From Octopus sinensis (Eukaryota), in contig NC_043017.1 in the NCBI RefSeq assembly GCF_006345805.1, forward strand, positions 23,188,001 through 23,252,000: a DNA stretch of 64,000 nt, in the 5' to 3' direction. Shown here piece after piece: positions 40,705 through 54,755 of this stretch (position 1 is its first letter; every line of letters starts with the position of its first letter). The position numbers were made by a program, and so were the translations under genes. The notes beneath the pieces were generated by a model. That model was not told the DNA's origin and did no database searches. It saw nothing but the letters and a program-made list of their open reading frames with translations.

Positions 40705-41245
40705 TTTCGCCAACCCGAAGAAACAGCGATCTTTCTAGCTAGCATGCAATCACACCTTTAACCATATTTACGTACATCAGACACACTCATGACATTCAGC
40801 TCAACACTCTCGGCAATTGATCTCTATATGCATTTACGTAAATAAATGGGTCCATCGAAAACTTCATGTAGTGACTTGGTTTTAATATTGGGACAACATG
40901 CAATCCAACCAAATATGCATTACCCATCTAAGTTACAATTTTATTGTTTGACCCCAACTTAACACCGACTGAATAGATCTACAAAGGCATTCCAGCCGTG
41001 ACTACCCAACTTTTTTCTTATGTGTAGGAACCCAGGGACCCCAGGACCCACTTGTCTTTTTCTTTAAGATAGCAGAGAGTGATCTGAGGGAGATTTGATT
41101 GCTATTTCCTGCTAGAAAAGCAAGGGAGGAAAATGGTATAGTGTTGGTTTATTGGTGACAGGGTTACGTAATAACTTCATTCAACTAGTGTATTATAAAA
41201 TCAGATATTTTCATGTGGGATGATGTATACGTGTGCGATTGTAGC

Positions 41246-41288
<43 letters not shown>

Positions 41289-41432
41289 TGAGAACCTAAA
41301 AGTTTGGAAAGTGAGCTGAAAGCAAAATGGAGAGGTGAGAGTAAGAAACGTAGCTGAAAAGCCCATAATGTAATTCGTTTTAATGTTTATCCCTGACTCC
41401 GTAATGTTTCTATACAAAGTGTAGAAGTAAAT

Positions 41433-41821
41433 GTGGAGGCGCAATGGCCCAGTGGTTAGAGCAGCGGATTCGCGGTCATAGGATCGCGGTTTCGATTCCC
41501 AGACCGGGCGTTGTGAGTGTTTATTGAGTGAAAACACTTAAAGCTCCACGAGGCTCCGGCAGGGGATGGTGGTGATCCCTGCTGTACTTTTTCACCACAA
41601 CTTTCTCTCACTCTTACTTCCTGTTTCTGTTGTACCTGTATTTCAAAGGGCCGGCCTTGTCACTCTCTGTGTCACGCTGAATATCCCCGAGAACTACGTT
41701 AAGGGTACACGTGTCTGTGGAGTGCTCAGCCACTTACACGTTAATTTCACGAGCAGGCTGTTCCGTTGATTCGGATCAACCGGAACCCTCGTCGTCGTAA
41801 CCGACGGAGTGCTTCCATCCC
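41433..41821 (+). mobile_element. tRNA-derived SINE family C, full length
   Basis: A-box TGGCCCAGTGG, B-box GTTTCGATTCC; 10-bp TSD AGAAGTAAAT (41423-41432, 41822-41831); near-identical to 45164-45559. Confidence 0.93.
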
Positions 41822-42326
41822 AGAAGTAAATATTTCTAACTTCAGCTATGAACATGTTTAAGTGGTTAAATATTGAAAATAACATTTCTTTTGGAATCAC
41901 CAGAATTGCCTGCTAGAATAGTCGACGTTTGCCTTTAACGTTGGGCATGTCTCATAATCACATACATCAGAGGGATTCAAATTTGGATTTGAAAAAATGA
42001 GACGATTCGCTCCAAACTGGCACATTAACAGATCTTTAAGTTGAATCAGATCTTTAAGGTTGAATAAAGAGTGGCTCCATTCTAGTGAAAAACAGTACAA
42101 TGAACTGACCTTACTCGTTTTTTAATTCAGAATTTATATGCAGAGAAAGTTGACAGAAATGACACTCCTGAGTGACAAAGTATGTTCTTCTAATAGGATC
42201 CTAAAAATAAAGTATGGTTTCAATATAGTTTCTGGTAAAACTGTGATCCAAATTCTTATCTTTGGAGACCACAGTGGATGACTATAAGATATAGAAAGGT
42301 TGCAAGTGAACTATATGTGTAAGTGA

Positions 42327-42564
42327 TACAAGGCGGCGAGCTGGCAGAATCGTTAGCACGCCGGGCGAAATGCGTAGCCGTATTTCGTCTGCCGTTACGT
42401 GTTCTGGGTTCAAATTCCGCTGAGGTCGACTTTGCCTTTCATCCTTTCGGGGTCGATAAAATAAGTACCAGTTACGTTCTGGGGTCGATGTAATCGACTT
42501 AATCCCTTTGTCTGTCCTTGTTTGTCCCCTCTATGTTTAGCCCCTTGTGGGCAATAAAGAAATA
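42327..42564 (+). mobile_element. SINE family A, full length
   Basis: 15-bp TSD TATATGTGTAAGTGA at 42312-42326 and 42565-42579. Confidence 0.93.
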
Positions 42565-42785
42565 TATATGTGTAAGTGAACCATCGGGCGAAAATGCGTT
42601 TCATAAGTCCACAATACTCTGCTTAAGAATGGTTCATCATCACTGATTTTAATCAGCATTGTTTGACAATATTCTTTTCCTGCGAAACATGACATACTTT
42701 TCCTACACTGCATATATATATGCAGTGTATGCATGTATGTATGTGTATATGTATGTATGAATGTATGTATGACATTATGTCATTA

Positions 42786-43450
42786 TTCAGCTTATTTCAA
42801 GATTTCTTGCCAATAGAGAAAGAGCCTGTTTCTAACCCAGATACAAGGTACCTTCATTGAAATTTCAACATCAACAATAGTGTATGTATGTATGTATGTA
42901 TGTATGTATGTACGAATGAATGAATGAATGAATGAATGAATGTAAATACACATAATACTACATACATACATGCATACATACATACATACATACATACATA
43001 CATACATACATACATACATACATACATACATACATACATACATACATACATGCATAACACACTGCCTAAATAGCAACCTTGAGAAATTAGGTTTCTCAAA
43101 ACCAGAAAGGAAAAAGTTAATTCGAAGACTACAGATCCAATCTATCACTGGAACTGTAAAAATCTGTAAAACTTTCCTAGAAATTCATCATTTAAATACA
43201 TATAAGCATGTCTAGATATGCAACTATATGTATGAGAATACATACATAAAACATACAAATCTGCATACATACATACATACATACATACATACATACATAC
43301 ATACATACATGCACACACACACACATACATACACACATACATACATACATACATACATACATACATACATACTACATACATACATACATACATTCTAGAT
43401 TAGAAGCTGGTTCTTTCTCTATTAGCAAGAAATCTTGAAATAAAACTGAA
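42786..43450. repeat. Inverted pair of an about 55-bp repeat embedded in TATG/CATA microsatellites
   Basis: TTATTTCAAGATTTCTTGC(C/T)AATAGAGAAAGA at 42792 (+) and 43395-43450 (-). Confidence 0.85.
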
Positions 43451-43582
43451 CAATAACATACATACATACATACATACATACATACACACATACATACATT
43501 CATACATACATACATACATACATATATACATACATACATACATACATACACACATACATACATACATACATATATACATACA

Positions 43583-43614
<32 letters not shown>

Positions 43615-44334
43615 CAACCGCTATATGTTACTAAAAGTAGCCTGGGTATTTCCAAAAACTCAACCGATGTATTGCAACTTTAACCTGAGTAAAACAGTGA
43701 CCACCACCACCAACAATACAACAACAGAAGGATGGAGCGCGGTGTCAACCCCCAACGGGATTTGAACGTAAACTAAATACACCAACGTTCTAGCGATTCT
43801 GCCTATTCCACCAATCTCTCTCAAATCCTATCCTACATTACGGATAAAGTATTCTTAAACATACTCCTAAAAAAAAAAATAGAGTGATCACAGCTGGAAT
43901 GCTTTTGATCATAGGTTTGGCTGATAAGGGTTGATCGGGCTCTTAACATCTGCAGTAGCACTATCAGCACCAGCAGCAGCAACAACAACAACAACAGTAG
44001 CAGCAGCAACAACAAGAGCACAGCAGCAGCAGCAAACGTTAAAAAAAACGAAAAGTTATCACTGCCGTTGACGTGATATCGACTATAACAATAGTAAACC
44101 CTATAAATGAACAACCCTGCCTCCTCCAACTTCAATCAGCATCACTTACTGCACGTGGACACTAACTTTGAGTGTGTGTGTGTGTGGTGTGTGTGTGTGT
44201 GTGTGTGTGGTGTGTGTGTGCGCGTGCGTGTGTGTGTGTATGTGTGTGTGTGTGTATGTGTGTGTATGTGTGTGTGGTGTGTGTATGTGTGTGTGTGCAT
44301 GTGTGTCTCGCCCCTAGTGGGTAATAAAGAAAAA

Positions 44335-44443
<109 letters not shown>

Positions 44444-44820
44444 TATTGTGTGTGTGTGTATTCTGAACACTGGAGTTGATATAAACAACTATTCCCACCC
44501 AACACCTAAAATTTCAAGCCATGTGCCTACAGTAGAAAGGATTATATCACATCGTATTATATTATGTATTGGATAACTGGATTTAGTCAAAAATGTTAGG
44601 GACGGGTATTCGCAATACAATTGAATAGTTTTGGGTTGCTTTGTTTTTGTTTGTTTTTTTTTAAAACTTAAGCTATAATTTGGAGTCGACTTATACCCCA
44701 CTCTAATATTCCTGGCCTTGAGCCAGAATTTGAAATCATCACTATTATCATCATCATCATCATCATAAATATACTTAAAATTAACTTTCATACTTTTTGC
44801 GTATTTATTTTTCATCGAGT

Positions 44821-45017
44821 TAAGCACACCGAGCAAAAATGCTTAGCGGCATTTCGCCCGTCTTTAGGTTCTGAGTTCAAATTTCGCCGAGGTCGACTTT
44901 GCCTTTCATCCTTTCGGAGTCGATGAAATAAGCATCAGTTGAGCACTGGGGTCGATGTAATGGACTGGCTCCCTCCCCCCAAATTTCAGGTCAGGTCTTG
45001 TGCCTATAGTAGAAAGG
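44821..45017 (+). mobile_element. SINE family A variant, 5'-truncated
   Basis: Central domain GAGGTCGACTTTGCCTTTCATCCTTTCGGAGTCGAT shared with other copies. Confidence 0.8.
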
Positions 45018-45163
45018 ATAATTACTATACATTACACTTTATATATTTATGAAACTTTTCATAGACATTTTTAAAGTGGATATGTAATCATATTTTTCTC
45101 AATATCATAATACCAATATTTTTGTATATCTATTGGATTCCACTATAGTGTTATGTCACTGAA

Positions 45164-45559
45164 GTGGAGGCGCAATGTGGTTAGGGCAGTGGTTAGGGCA
45201 GTGGATTCGCGGTCATAGGATCGCGGTTTCGATTCTCAGACCGGGCGTTGTGAGTGTTTATTGAGCGAAAACACCTAAAAAGCTCCACGAGGCTCCGGCA
45301 GGGGATGGTGGTGATCCCTGCTGTACTCTTTCACCACAACTTTCTCTCACTCTTACTTCCTGTTTCTGTTGTACCTGTATTTCAAGGGGCCGGCCTTGTC
45401 ACTCTCTGTGTCACGCTGAATATCCCCGAGAACTACGTTAAGGATACACGTGTCTGTGAAGTGCTCAGCCACTTACACGTTAATTTCACGAGCAGGCTGT
45501 TCCGTTGATTCGGATCAACCGGAACCCTCATCGTCGTAACCGACGGAGTGCTTCCCTCC
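45164..45559 (+). mobile_element. tRNA-derived SINE family C, full length
   Basis: 12-bp TSD TATGTCACTGAA (45152-45163, 45560-45571); near-identical to the 41433 copy. Confidence 0.93.
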
Positions 45560-45779
45560 TATGTCACTGAAATAAACGCTATTTTGTTGCATTGATGAAC
45601 TTTTTTCTTCTCAAACTAAGCCAGACACATAATATCTGTAACCGTTCATTTTATAACGTTGTGTTTATGTAAATTGTCAATGTTTATAGATAAAGTACAT
45701 TGCTGCATTCATTTCACAACTACACACATACACACTTTCATAACTAACTTCATCTCTCTACTGTCGCCACAACTTAGAG

Positions 45780-46250
45780 AGAGACCACCATCATCATCAT
45801 CACCGCATGCATTTCAGTAGATCCACCTCCACTGCCACCGCCATCACATATGTCTCAGAGTCCGTTACCACCTCCAATACTTGTACCATCGCCACATACA
45901 TTCCAATGAATTCATCGATACCACCATCATCGTTACATTTTGTGAGTTCATCATCACTACCAATACCTCCTCCACCACCACCACCACCACCACCACCACC
46001 ATCATCATGAACTTACATCGCAGTGAGTCCACTACTACCAGCAGCAGCAGCAGCACCATCACTCTCGTCACATACATCGCAATGAATCCACCTCTTTCAC
46101 CTCCATACCATTACTACTGTCATCATATATATATCCCAGTGATACCACCACAACTCTAACACCGTCGCCACTACCATTATCACCAGTAACTCCATCACCA
46201 CCACCACCAACAACAACAATGCCGCTACCGCTGCGACCATCATCATCACT
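45780..46250. repeat. (CAC)/(CAT)/(CAG)-rich low-complexity tract
   Basis: Degenerate trinucleotide runs. Confidence 0.8.
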
Positions 46251-46451
46251 GTGTTATCATAAACAAGATGTAATCTATATTATTTATTATCAGTTGGTTT
46301 TCACAAACATGAACTGCTTGATAAGAAGAACAGGATTTCGAGATTGTAACACAATGCTTTTTGTAGTTGTTATTTAGCCACGGGTCAACTTGATTGATTA
46401 AAGGCGTTCTAACCATAACCATCTCATCTTTTATTTCAGACATTCGATATA

Positions 46452-46897
46452 TACTCTTTTAACTCTTTTACTTTTTTAATTTGTTTCAGTCATTTGACTG
46501 TGGCCATGCTGGAGCACCGCCTTTAGTTGAGCAAATCGACCCCAGGACTTATTCTTTGTAAGCCTAATACTTATTCTATCGTTCTCTTTTGCCGAACCGC
46601 TAAGTTACGGGGACGTAAACACACCAGCATCGGTTGTCAAGCGATGTTGGGAGGACAAACACAGACACATAAACATATATACACACATACACACATATAT
46701 ATATATATATTTATATATATATATATATATATGCGACAGGCTTCTTTCAGTTTCCGCCTACCAAATCCAGTCACAAGGCTTTGGTCGGCCCGAGGCTATA
46801 GTAGAAGACACTTGCCCAAGGAGCCACGCAGTGGGACTGAACCCGGAACCATGTGGTTCGTAAGCAAGCTACTTACCACACAGCCACTCCTACGCCT
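46452..46897 (-). mobile_element. SINE family B, full length
   Basis: Aligns end to end with 10544-10979. Confidence 0.9.
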
Positions 46898-47869
46898 GTG
46901 ATATATAGCACATTATCCAATGAGTCCTTCCCATATTAAGACAGTAAGATGTCATTTGAGATTGTTTTGGCTGCTTTTCTAGCAGTTCCCTTGAATCTTG
47001 TTCGTGCTGGTGTTGTTGATTGTGATAATTGACAGGATCTTGGCAGTGCTAATGTAGAATGATGGTGACACAGGTGTTTAGAGGTGTTGTTTTACCCTAA
47101 GTTAGCTCTGATCGAGTAGACAGTCACTTCTTACATTCAGGACCACATTATCCAGTATGTCCTCATTTTAAGATAACAAGGTATGGTTTAAAGATTTGGT
47201 TTACTCTTCAGTGAGTTGCTCCCTCGTTGGCTCGTGTTTCTCAGTCCTAATTGAGTAAACCCTTAATCAGATGCATTTCAACCGTGGACATCCTAGCTTT
47301 TTAGAAGTATTTATCTTTTCTACTTAGAACTATGTTGTCCTGTGTCATATCTCTATTAAAATAGTTGGGTGTGATTTGAGGATATTTGGTTGTTGATTTT
47401 AATAGATCTAGTGACCACTGGACGTCTGATGTATTGAAGATGTTGGTGTTGTTGTTTAGCCCTCAGTCAGCCCGATCAAGAAGACCTGTGATCAAAGACA
47501 ATCCATTTTTGTACATCTTGGACTTCATAATTCAATGTGTGGCTGGGTTCTACTTTTTTCTTTTTTTTTTCATGGCAAGATATGATTAAGATTTGGTTGT
47601 TTTTAATTTTTATTTTTTTAGCGGTCGAGTGTCTCCATACTTTCTTCCTCGTTGGTTCAAGAGTTCGTGCTAGTGGTGGTGGCGTTTGAAGTGATGGTGG
47701 TTGTTTTGGTGTTGATAAAAAATGTTTGAGGGTAACAACGAGGTGATGCATCAAAGAACTGCTCTCAGTCAGTCTGCTAGTCTATCAGTCTATATCTTTC
47801 CTTCATAGTCTCTGGTCTTTTTCCCCTCTCCCTCTTCCCCCATACCTGATACAATTTTCTATTTCAGAC

Positions 47870-47963
47870 GGACATGTGTTTTCCCTCTGTCTATTTTTCA
47901 CCACTTGTCTTTGTGCGTCTTCGTCTGTCTATCTACTATCCCTCCCTCCTCTCTCTCTTTCTA

Positions 47964-48001
<38 letters not shown>

Positions 48002-48495
48002 TGACTGTTTCTGTCTCGGACAGCCTGTCTCTGTAAATATTATTCTCTCTCTCTCTTCATTTTTCTCATTCTCTCTCTCCCTCTCCTCCCTATCTCTCCC
48101 TAACCCCCCTCTCATTCTGTACCTCATCTACTAGAGATGTGTTAATTATATTGTTACATTTGTCTAGCAGTCTGTATCATGTATACATACACACATTTTT
48201 TCTGCATCGCACTCTCTTTCGCTGTTTCTCTCTTTCTATATATCCTCTCCCTTTCTTTCTCACATAGATATATTTGGACAATTCTCGCTCTAATTCTTTT
48301 CCTTGACTTTCTCATTTGTTTTCATATTTCCCTACTCCAACCTGTCACACTATATTATTTATCTACATTTCTGCCTGTCTATATTCCTCTTCTTCCGTCA
48401 TTCTTTCCAGATCCTGTCATTTCTCCTATATGTTTCACATTTTCCTTTCCTCGCCCACTCTTCTGTATTTCTGTCTCTTAAATTTTCATTTCTCT

Positions 48496-48527
<32 letters not shown>

Positions 48528-49150
48528 CCTTTATCTCCCTTTATCTCTCTCCCTCTCTCTCTCTCCATTTCTCTCCCTCTCTCTCTCCCTTTCTCTCTCT
48601 CCCCTCTCTCCCCCCTCTCTCTCTCTCCCTCTCTTTCCCTTTCTCTCTCTCCCTCTCTCTCTCCCCCTCTCTCTCTCCCCCTCTCTCTCCCCGTATTCCC
48701 AATCAATTGTCAATTATTTTTTTGTTTGGGTTGTTTCCCTTGCCCTTCTTGAGAAGAATTAATCACTAAAGATAACGATTCCTCTCCTCGTTATGGGAAT
48801 AATTTTAATTAAAAAATGTTTTGACTCACTACATTATGTTTGCTAACCAAATTTGTTCTGCCTGTCTCCTCTTGCTTGTTCCAATTCTTTCTTGTACTCA
48901 CAAGCACTCTACACTTTTACGCATAATTTACCTCTCTCATACCGCCCTTTCTTTCTCTATTATCTCGCTGAGCTTCTCTCCCTCCTCCTTTCCCTTCTTT
49001 CTCTTTTCTACCCACTTCTTTTCTCTCTCCCTCTCTGTTATCTCATTTGTCCCTCTTTCGCTCTTCCTAACTTTTGTCTGCCTCCTATTGAATTTGCTTT
49101 GCTGCTCTCTTCCCTCCCCCCAACACTTTCTCTCTATCCACCCCCTCGGT
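47870..49150. repeat. Long polypyrimidine (CT-rich) low-complexity tract
   Basis: Plus strand dominated by C/T with several (CT)n runs. Confidence 0.85.
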
Positions 49151-49748
49151 TTTCTTATACAAGAGAGTTGCTTAAACGAAATCCCAAAGAAAGATTAAAG
49201 AGTTTTAGAGTTTAGTGCTAAGGGTGTAAAAGTTATATGATTCTTTACTGGCTTCTGAGGAATTCGACGGTTTTGATCAGCGTTTGTCTCGCATTCTGAT
49301 GAGTTAAATGGATGAGAGATACAATTCCCTTGGATAAGATATTTAATCTACGGCAGATAGCTTCCTCTTACGACTAACTCATCAACTACCGAATGAACGA
49401 CCTAGAAATAGCAACCAAATCTACTTCAAATCACGCTCTAATGTCTTTTTTCTATTAGGACACTGCATGATACAGACCTAGCTATGCTTTGTCTGGAAGA
49501 GAGTGGGGGAGAGAAAAGGGGGAGAAAGAAAAAGAGGGAGAAGAGAGAGGGAGCAGATAAATATAGCTGGGATGCTTTTGATCATAGTTCGATTAGAATA
49601 ATATGGAGTTTGCAGATCACAACGTAAATTTATGCAACCGTGTGGTACCTTCTTACAGTTAGGTGGAGTCGGTCCGTAGAAGTTAAGTGTCATAATTACA
49701 GACATAACACAGAAACGACATAATATGTAGGCTTAAATTCTTTATCAC

Positions 49749-50010
49749 TATTATTAACACTAAAATCATTATCATTAACACCGAGGTCATTATTTTTTAA
49801 CATTAAACTTGTTATTATTAACACAGAAATCATTAGTATTAACACTGAAATGATTATCAACATTGAAATCGATATTATTTTGTTGTGAAATCACTGTTAT
49901 TAGCACTTGACTTATTATTATTAACATTGATAACATTATTAACTCTGAAATCATTAATAGTAGCATTCGGATCATAATTATTTCCATTGAAATTGTTATT
50001 ATTAGCACAA
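49749..50010. repeat. Degenerate 21-bp minisatellite (about TATTATTAACACTGAAATCAT)n, about 13 units
   Basis: Units at 49749, 49770, 49791, 49813, 49834, 49855 and onward, mostly 21 or 18 nt. Confidence 0.75.
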
Positions 50011-50849
50011 ATGTCCTTTCACAGAGATTTTCCTATTGAAACTATCTAAAGCTAATTGGGGAGTATTTGTAGACACTATCTAATGCTTTCATTCAAAATG
50101 GTCAGGACTGTCCTAGAGACGTGCTCTAGCACTACTAAACTAGCAATCTATATATCCCCCAACTCCAAGCTCACCAGATGCATCCGTCTCTCCCTTCCTC
50201 ATCCATACTGTGTTTTATTTCCCAGATTCCATGCTAAACATACACATTCAATCATTCATCCCCTCTAGAGATTAGAACCCTCTGAGATGCCCCCACTCAT
50301 CCTTCATCCCCTCTCCTTCCGGCAGACGTCGAACTATAGAAGTTCTAATTGAACATCAACCAAATCGATTTCACTAGTCTGGAAGAGAGAGCCTAGAAAG
50401 GCCATAGGAGCTACCCTTCATCCTGTGACTAAGTAATTATTTTTTTAAAATACAAGAATCTTACGACTCTAAAGAAAATGGCGGGGTGGAGGTTCTTTGT
50501 AAATCCTTGTCTAATAGTTTCACAAGAAACGAGTAATCTTTGTCGACATCTCTTTAATGTCCTTGCAAGAAAGTGTCTTGTTAACATCAGTCTAATGAAT
50601 TTATCGAAAAGCTGAGTCGTTTTAAACGTTCAACTAATATTGAAAGCAATCCATGTGAGCAAGAGTGTGTGCAAGCACAGCTTAGTGGTTAGGGAAATTG
50701 CTTCGTAATCATATGTTTTGGGGTTCGATCACCGTTGCACAACTTGGGCAACTATTTTCTACTATAGCCTCGGGTTTGAGAAGAAAATACCCTTTTAAGT
50801 GAAATTCAGAAGTCGGTAACTATGGGAAATCCATCGGATGAACTGTCTC

Positions 50850-51020
50850 TCTCTTTGGAGAGTTCGCTATAGCGCAATCATTTGGACCAGGACTCCAGTC
50901 TGAGGAAAACACGATTTCTTGATGAGATGCTTCTTACTACAGTAACCTATGGGTCGTAGATTCTCTCCTTCCATCTCAAAATAAGGTTCTGATCGATGCC
51001 CTTATTCTTCAGGTAAGCCA
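50850..51020 (-). mobile_element. Short LINE reverse-transcriptase relic
   Basis: YLKNKGIDQNLILRWKERIYDP*VTV resembles the RT segment preceding the GVRQG motif. Confidence 0.3.
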
Positions 51021-51419
51021 AGAAATATTAAATATAAGGTGTTTTCGCAAATATCTCTTAAAACTCAGGCGCTTTTGAGTATATATAAGTTATTCAAAGT
51101 TGATATTTAACTGAAAAACTTGACTGGCATCTATTGTACAAAATATCATTCATTCAATTGTTCGTACATTATGACTAACTTCTTGGGAAATTCTTGATGT
51201 CTATGAATGTAGTACCAGTTTCATAGCTTCCTCAGTAACTTGAGAAGGTGCAGGGAGCCATCAAATTTGGAGAGTAATGAGCCAGTGACGTAAGACAGGA
51301 AGAGAGGGAGAGAGAAAAGGTGAGGGGGAGAGAAAACAATGAAACTGGAAAGAAATGGGAGAGTGTGTAGGAAAGGGAGAAGGGAACGATCGGAAACAGC
51401 AAAAAGTCAACCAGATAGG

Positions 51420-51420
51420 A

Positions 51421-51490
<70 letters not shown>
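51420..51490. repeat. (AAAG)n microsatellite
   Basis: Directly visible. Confidence 0.95.
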
Positions 51491-51491
<1 letters not shown>

Positions 51492-51879
51492 CGAGAAAGA
51501 TGTGAGAGTATATAACCAGAAAGATGAGAGCGTTATGAAAGGGTGAAGCAGATGACTTGCGTCTTGTATAAGGATATTATAGAATATGTAATTCTGTGCG
51601 AAGGGACGTGTTTATGTAAGTGCGTGTGTGTATTTGTATGTGTCTGTGTGTATGGAGAGAGAGATTGACAGAGAGAGAAAGCAAGAAGCAGAGAGGAAGA
51701 AAAGAGGAGGAAAATGATAAAGAATAAAGGAATTACCAAATGAAAGGACTGGAGAAAATCTCGGGTTAAAAGGAAAAGGAAAACTGGAAGACCAAAATAA
51801 GGAAAGAAAGAATGGAAATAAAAGAAGAGAACGAACGAAAAAAGTTGGTAGACATTTGTATGTACGTAGTACGTTTGTA

Positions 51880-51915
<36 letters not shown>

Positions 51916-53194
51916 TGTATGTATGTATGTATGTATGTATGTATGTATGTATGCATGCATGTATGTATGTATGTATGTATGCATGTTTGTATGTATGCAT
52001 GTATGCATGTACGTATGTATGTATGTATGTATGCATGTACGTATGTATGTATATATGTATGTATATATGTATGTATGTATGTATGCATGTATGTATGTAT
52101 GTATGCATGCATGTACGGCGGGTGGGAGAGAAAGAGAAACAGACAGAGAATGAATGAATATATGGAATGTATAAATGGGCGAAAAGAAAGAAAACAATGC
52201 TAGAAAGATGGGAAAGATTGAAAGAAACTGAATAAAAAGTATAAAAGGTAAAGAGTACGAAAAGGGAAACCAATATAAAGAGAAGGAAGATGTAAAAGAA
52301 AGTAACTAAGAAAAACAGATTGAAAAGAAAAGAAAGTCCCCCCCCCAAAAAAAGGTGTGCTGAATGAATGTGTGGGATGTTTATTTTTCTAAGTTAACCA
52401 TTGTTATTAAGAAAAAAAATTCTCTCTAATTCTCCAACTACTTTTTGTTTGTGTTTCAGTTTTCATAAGCAGCGCTATACAAAGTTTTTAAAAAAAAAGA
52501 TGATAATAGCACTTTTCGTCATCATCGTACACCGCAATTTTCGACGTTAACAGCATTAATTTTCTGTTGCATAACTCTTCAGGATTTTCCCTCAAAAATA
52601 ATAAATAAATAAATAAATGCAAGTCATCCAATCAATGAGAGAAAAGGGGGGAGATACCAAAATATCTCCTAAAAAGAAAAAAAAAAAGGAATGAAAAGAA
52701 ATTGAATAACAAGACAAAGAATAAAAGGAAAACGGAGCAATGACTTTTAAGTGACACTGAAGTGTAACTTAAGATCAAATAGAAAATTTTTCTTTCATGA
52801 CAAAAGAGTTCCAATGATTGTCGACATTTCACCCCCAACCCCTTACCGCAATCAGAAGCAGTTTTATGCCTGTGTCGGAAAATTCCAGTGAGTGGAATCA
52901 ATGATGGCGGATGGATGATGGTTGTAAGTGACTGACGGATGGGTGGTGGTTGTTGGTAGAGGATGGATGATTGTGGTGGATGGCTGATTGTACTGATAGT
53001 GCTGGTACAGACGTGATGGTGGAATGGATTTGGTGGTTCAGTAATTATCAATCAATCAATAATGTCTAGAAAAACTATCGATTAACAGTGTCTGCCAAAA
53101 TACGTCAATGAAACTGTGTATTGGCGAGACATCGCTTCTCTCAAATTCTCCTTCACTCTTTTATTCTCATCTTCATACTCATTTTTCACCTTTT

Positions 53195-53252
<58 letters not shown>

Positions 53253-53550
53253 CTCTCTCTCTCTTTCCCTCACTCTCTTTCACTCACGATTTCTCACGTA
53301 GTTCTTCTTTCTAATGAATATCATTTTCTTTTTGTCTACATTTGTATCACTAATCTATATCTTTATATTTTGTCAATAGAATTTGAAATATTATTATCCA
53401 GCTATGGATTTTTCTTTCCTACCGTTTATTGACAATCCTTTTGGAATGTATTTACTCACCAGCGTTGTTGTTTGTTTTTGTTGTTCAATCGAGGTCTGAC
53501 CTGATTCAACAAACACATTATGATCAAAGACATTTCAGACCACCTTGTTG

Positions 53551-53622
<72 letters not shown>

Positions 53623-53856
53623 TATTGGAGACAACATTGTCCATTGTGTCCTTTCCTTCAAAAAGTTAAATGTAATCTGAGAGATTGAGACTGATATTTC
53701 TTGCACATCAAGCAACTCTATACGGATGGACAGATGGATCGAACCTCATGCTAGACCGGTTCGATCTACTAGTCTACCTTTGTAGAGTTTTAAAATTAAA
53801 CATTTTGCTATTTTTATTTACTTATTTGTGTTTGTTTGTTTGTGTGTATGTGTGTG

Positions 53857-54077
53857 AAGCAGCGAGCTGACTGAATCTTTAGCATGCCGGACAAAACGCT
53901 AAGCAGCATTTCATCCGTCTTTATGTTCTGAGTTCCAGTTCTGCTTAGGTCGACTTTGCCTTTCACCCTTTCGAGTTCGATGAAACAAGTAGCAGTTTGG
54001 CTCTGGGGTCGATGTAGTCGACTAGCCCCTTCTCCACCAAAATTCCAGGTCTTGTGCCTATAGCAGAAAGGATTATT
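53857..54077 (+). mobile_element. SINE family A, diverged
   Basis: Head, B-box and central domain recognisable. Confidence 0.8.
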
Positions 54078-54293
54078 TTTCCGGTGAATGAACACTTGTG
54101 TTACTTAAAAAGATGGCGAAATGCCTATAAACTTATAGCATCTAAAAGTTCCTTCTTCTCTGTTTTATGGGGGTTTATTATAAACTTTCGTAGACAAAGA
54201 TTTAGGGATGCAATGGTACTCTTCAACCCGTAGCAGATTAAATAGCAATCATTTTAACTTGAATTTCAGTGTTGTGTGTGTGTGTGTGTGTGT

Positions 54294-54334
<41 letters not shown>

Positions 54335-54755
54335 ATGTTTTTATACCAAGTTACATATAAAAACAATTTAACATTAACTGAAGAGTAATAATACTGTTTA
54401 GCAGAGTACATCCTCAAAAAAAATTTAAATGTATGTGTGTGTGTGCGTGTGTGTGTGTGCGCGCGCGCGCGCGTGTGTGTGTATGTGTGTGTGTGGTGTG
54501 TGTGTGTGTGCGTGTGTGTGCATGTGTGTATTTGTGTTTGTACGTCCGCGCGCACGTGCAATCTAAGCACGTATACAACAACCGAAATGTTGATATATAT
54601 ATATGTCAATGATATCATTGATCGATTTATCTATAATCGATATGTCTGCATTACAACAATAAAGAAACACGCTTAGCAGAATCTGCTAATTACTCGATCA
54701 ATTGCCATTTAATCACCGATACCTTTGTCTATGGCACTGTATTCACGGACCTATT

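Noticed and set aside
41433-41510. tRNA gene (also heads at 4176, 10979, 42331, 45164, 59331)
   Set aside because: A/B boxes present but no full cloverleaf; each continues into a shared SINE body, with TSDs at several copies.
45807-46159. His/Thr/Pro-rich ORFs
   Set aside because: Low-complexity CAC/CAT tract without splice or homology support.
52847-52869. Minus-strand 23-nt micro-exon (CAG|..GCG|GTAAGG)
   Set aside because: Weak acceptor, not frame-preserving, no neighbouring exons to support it.
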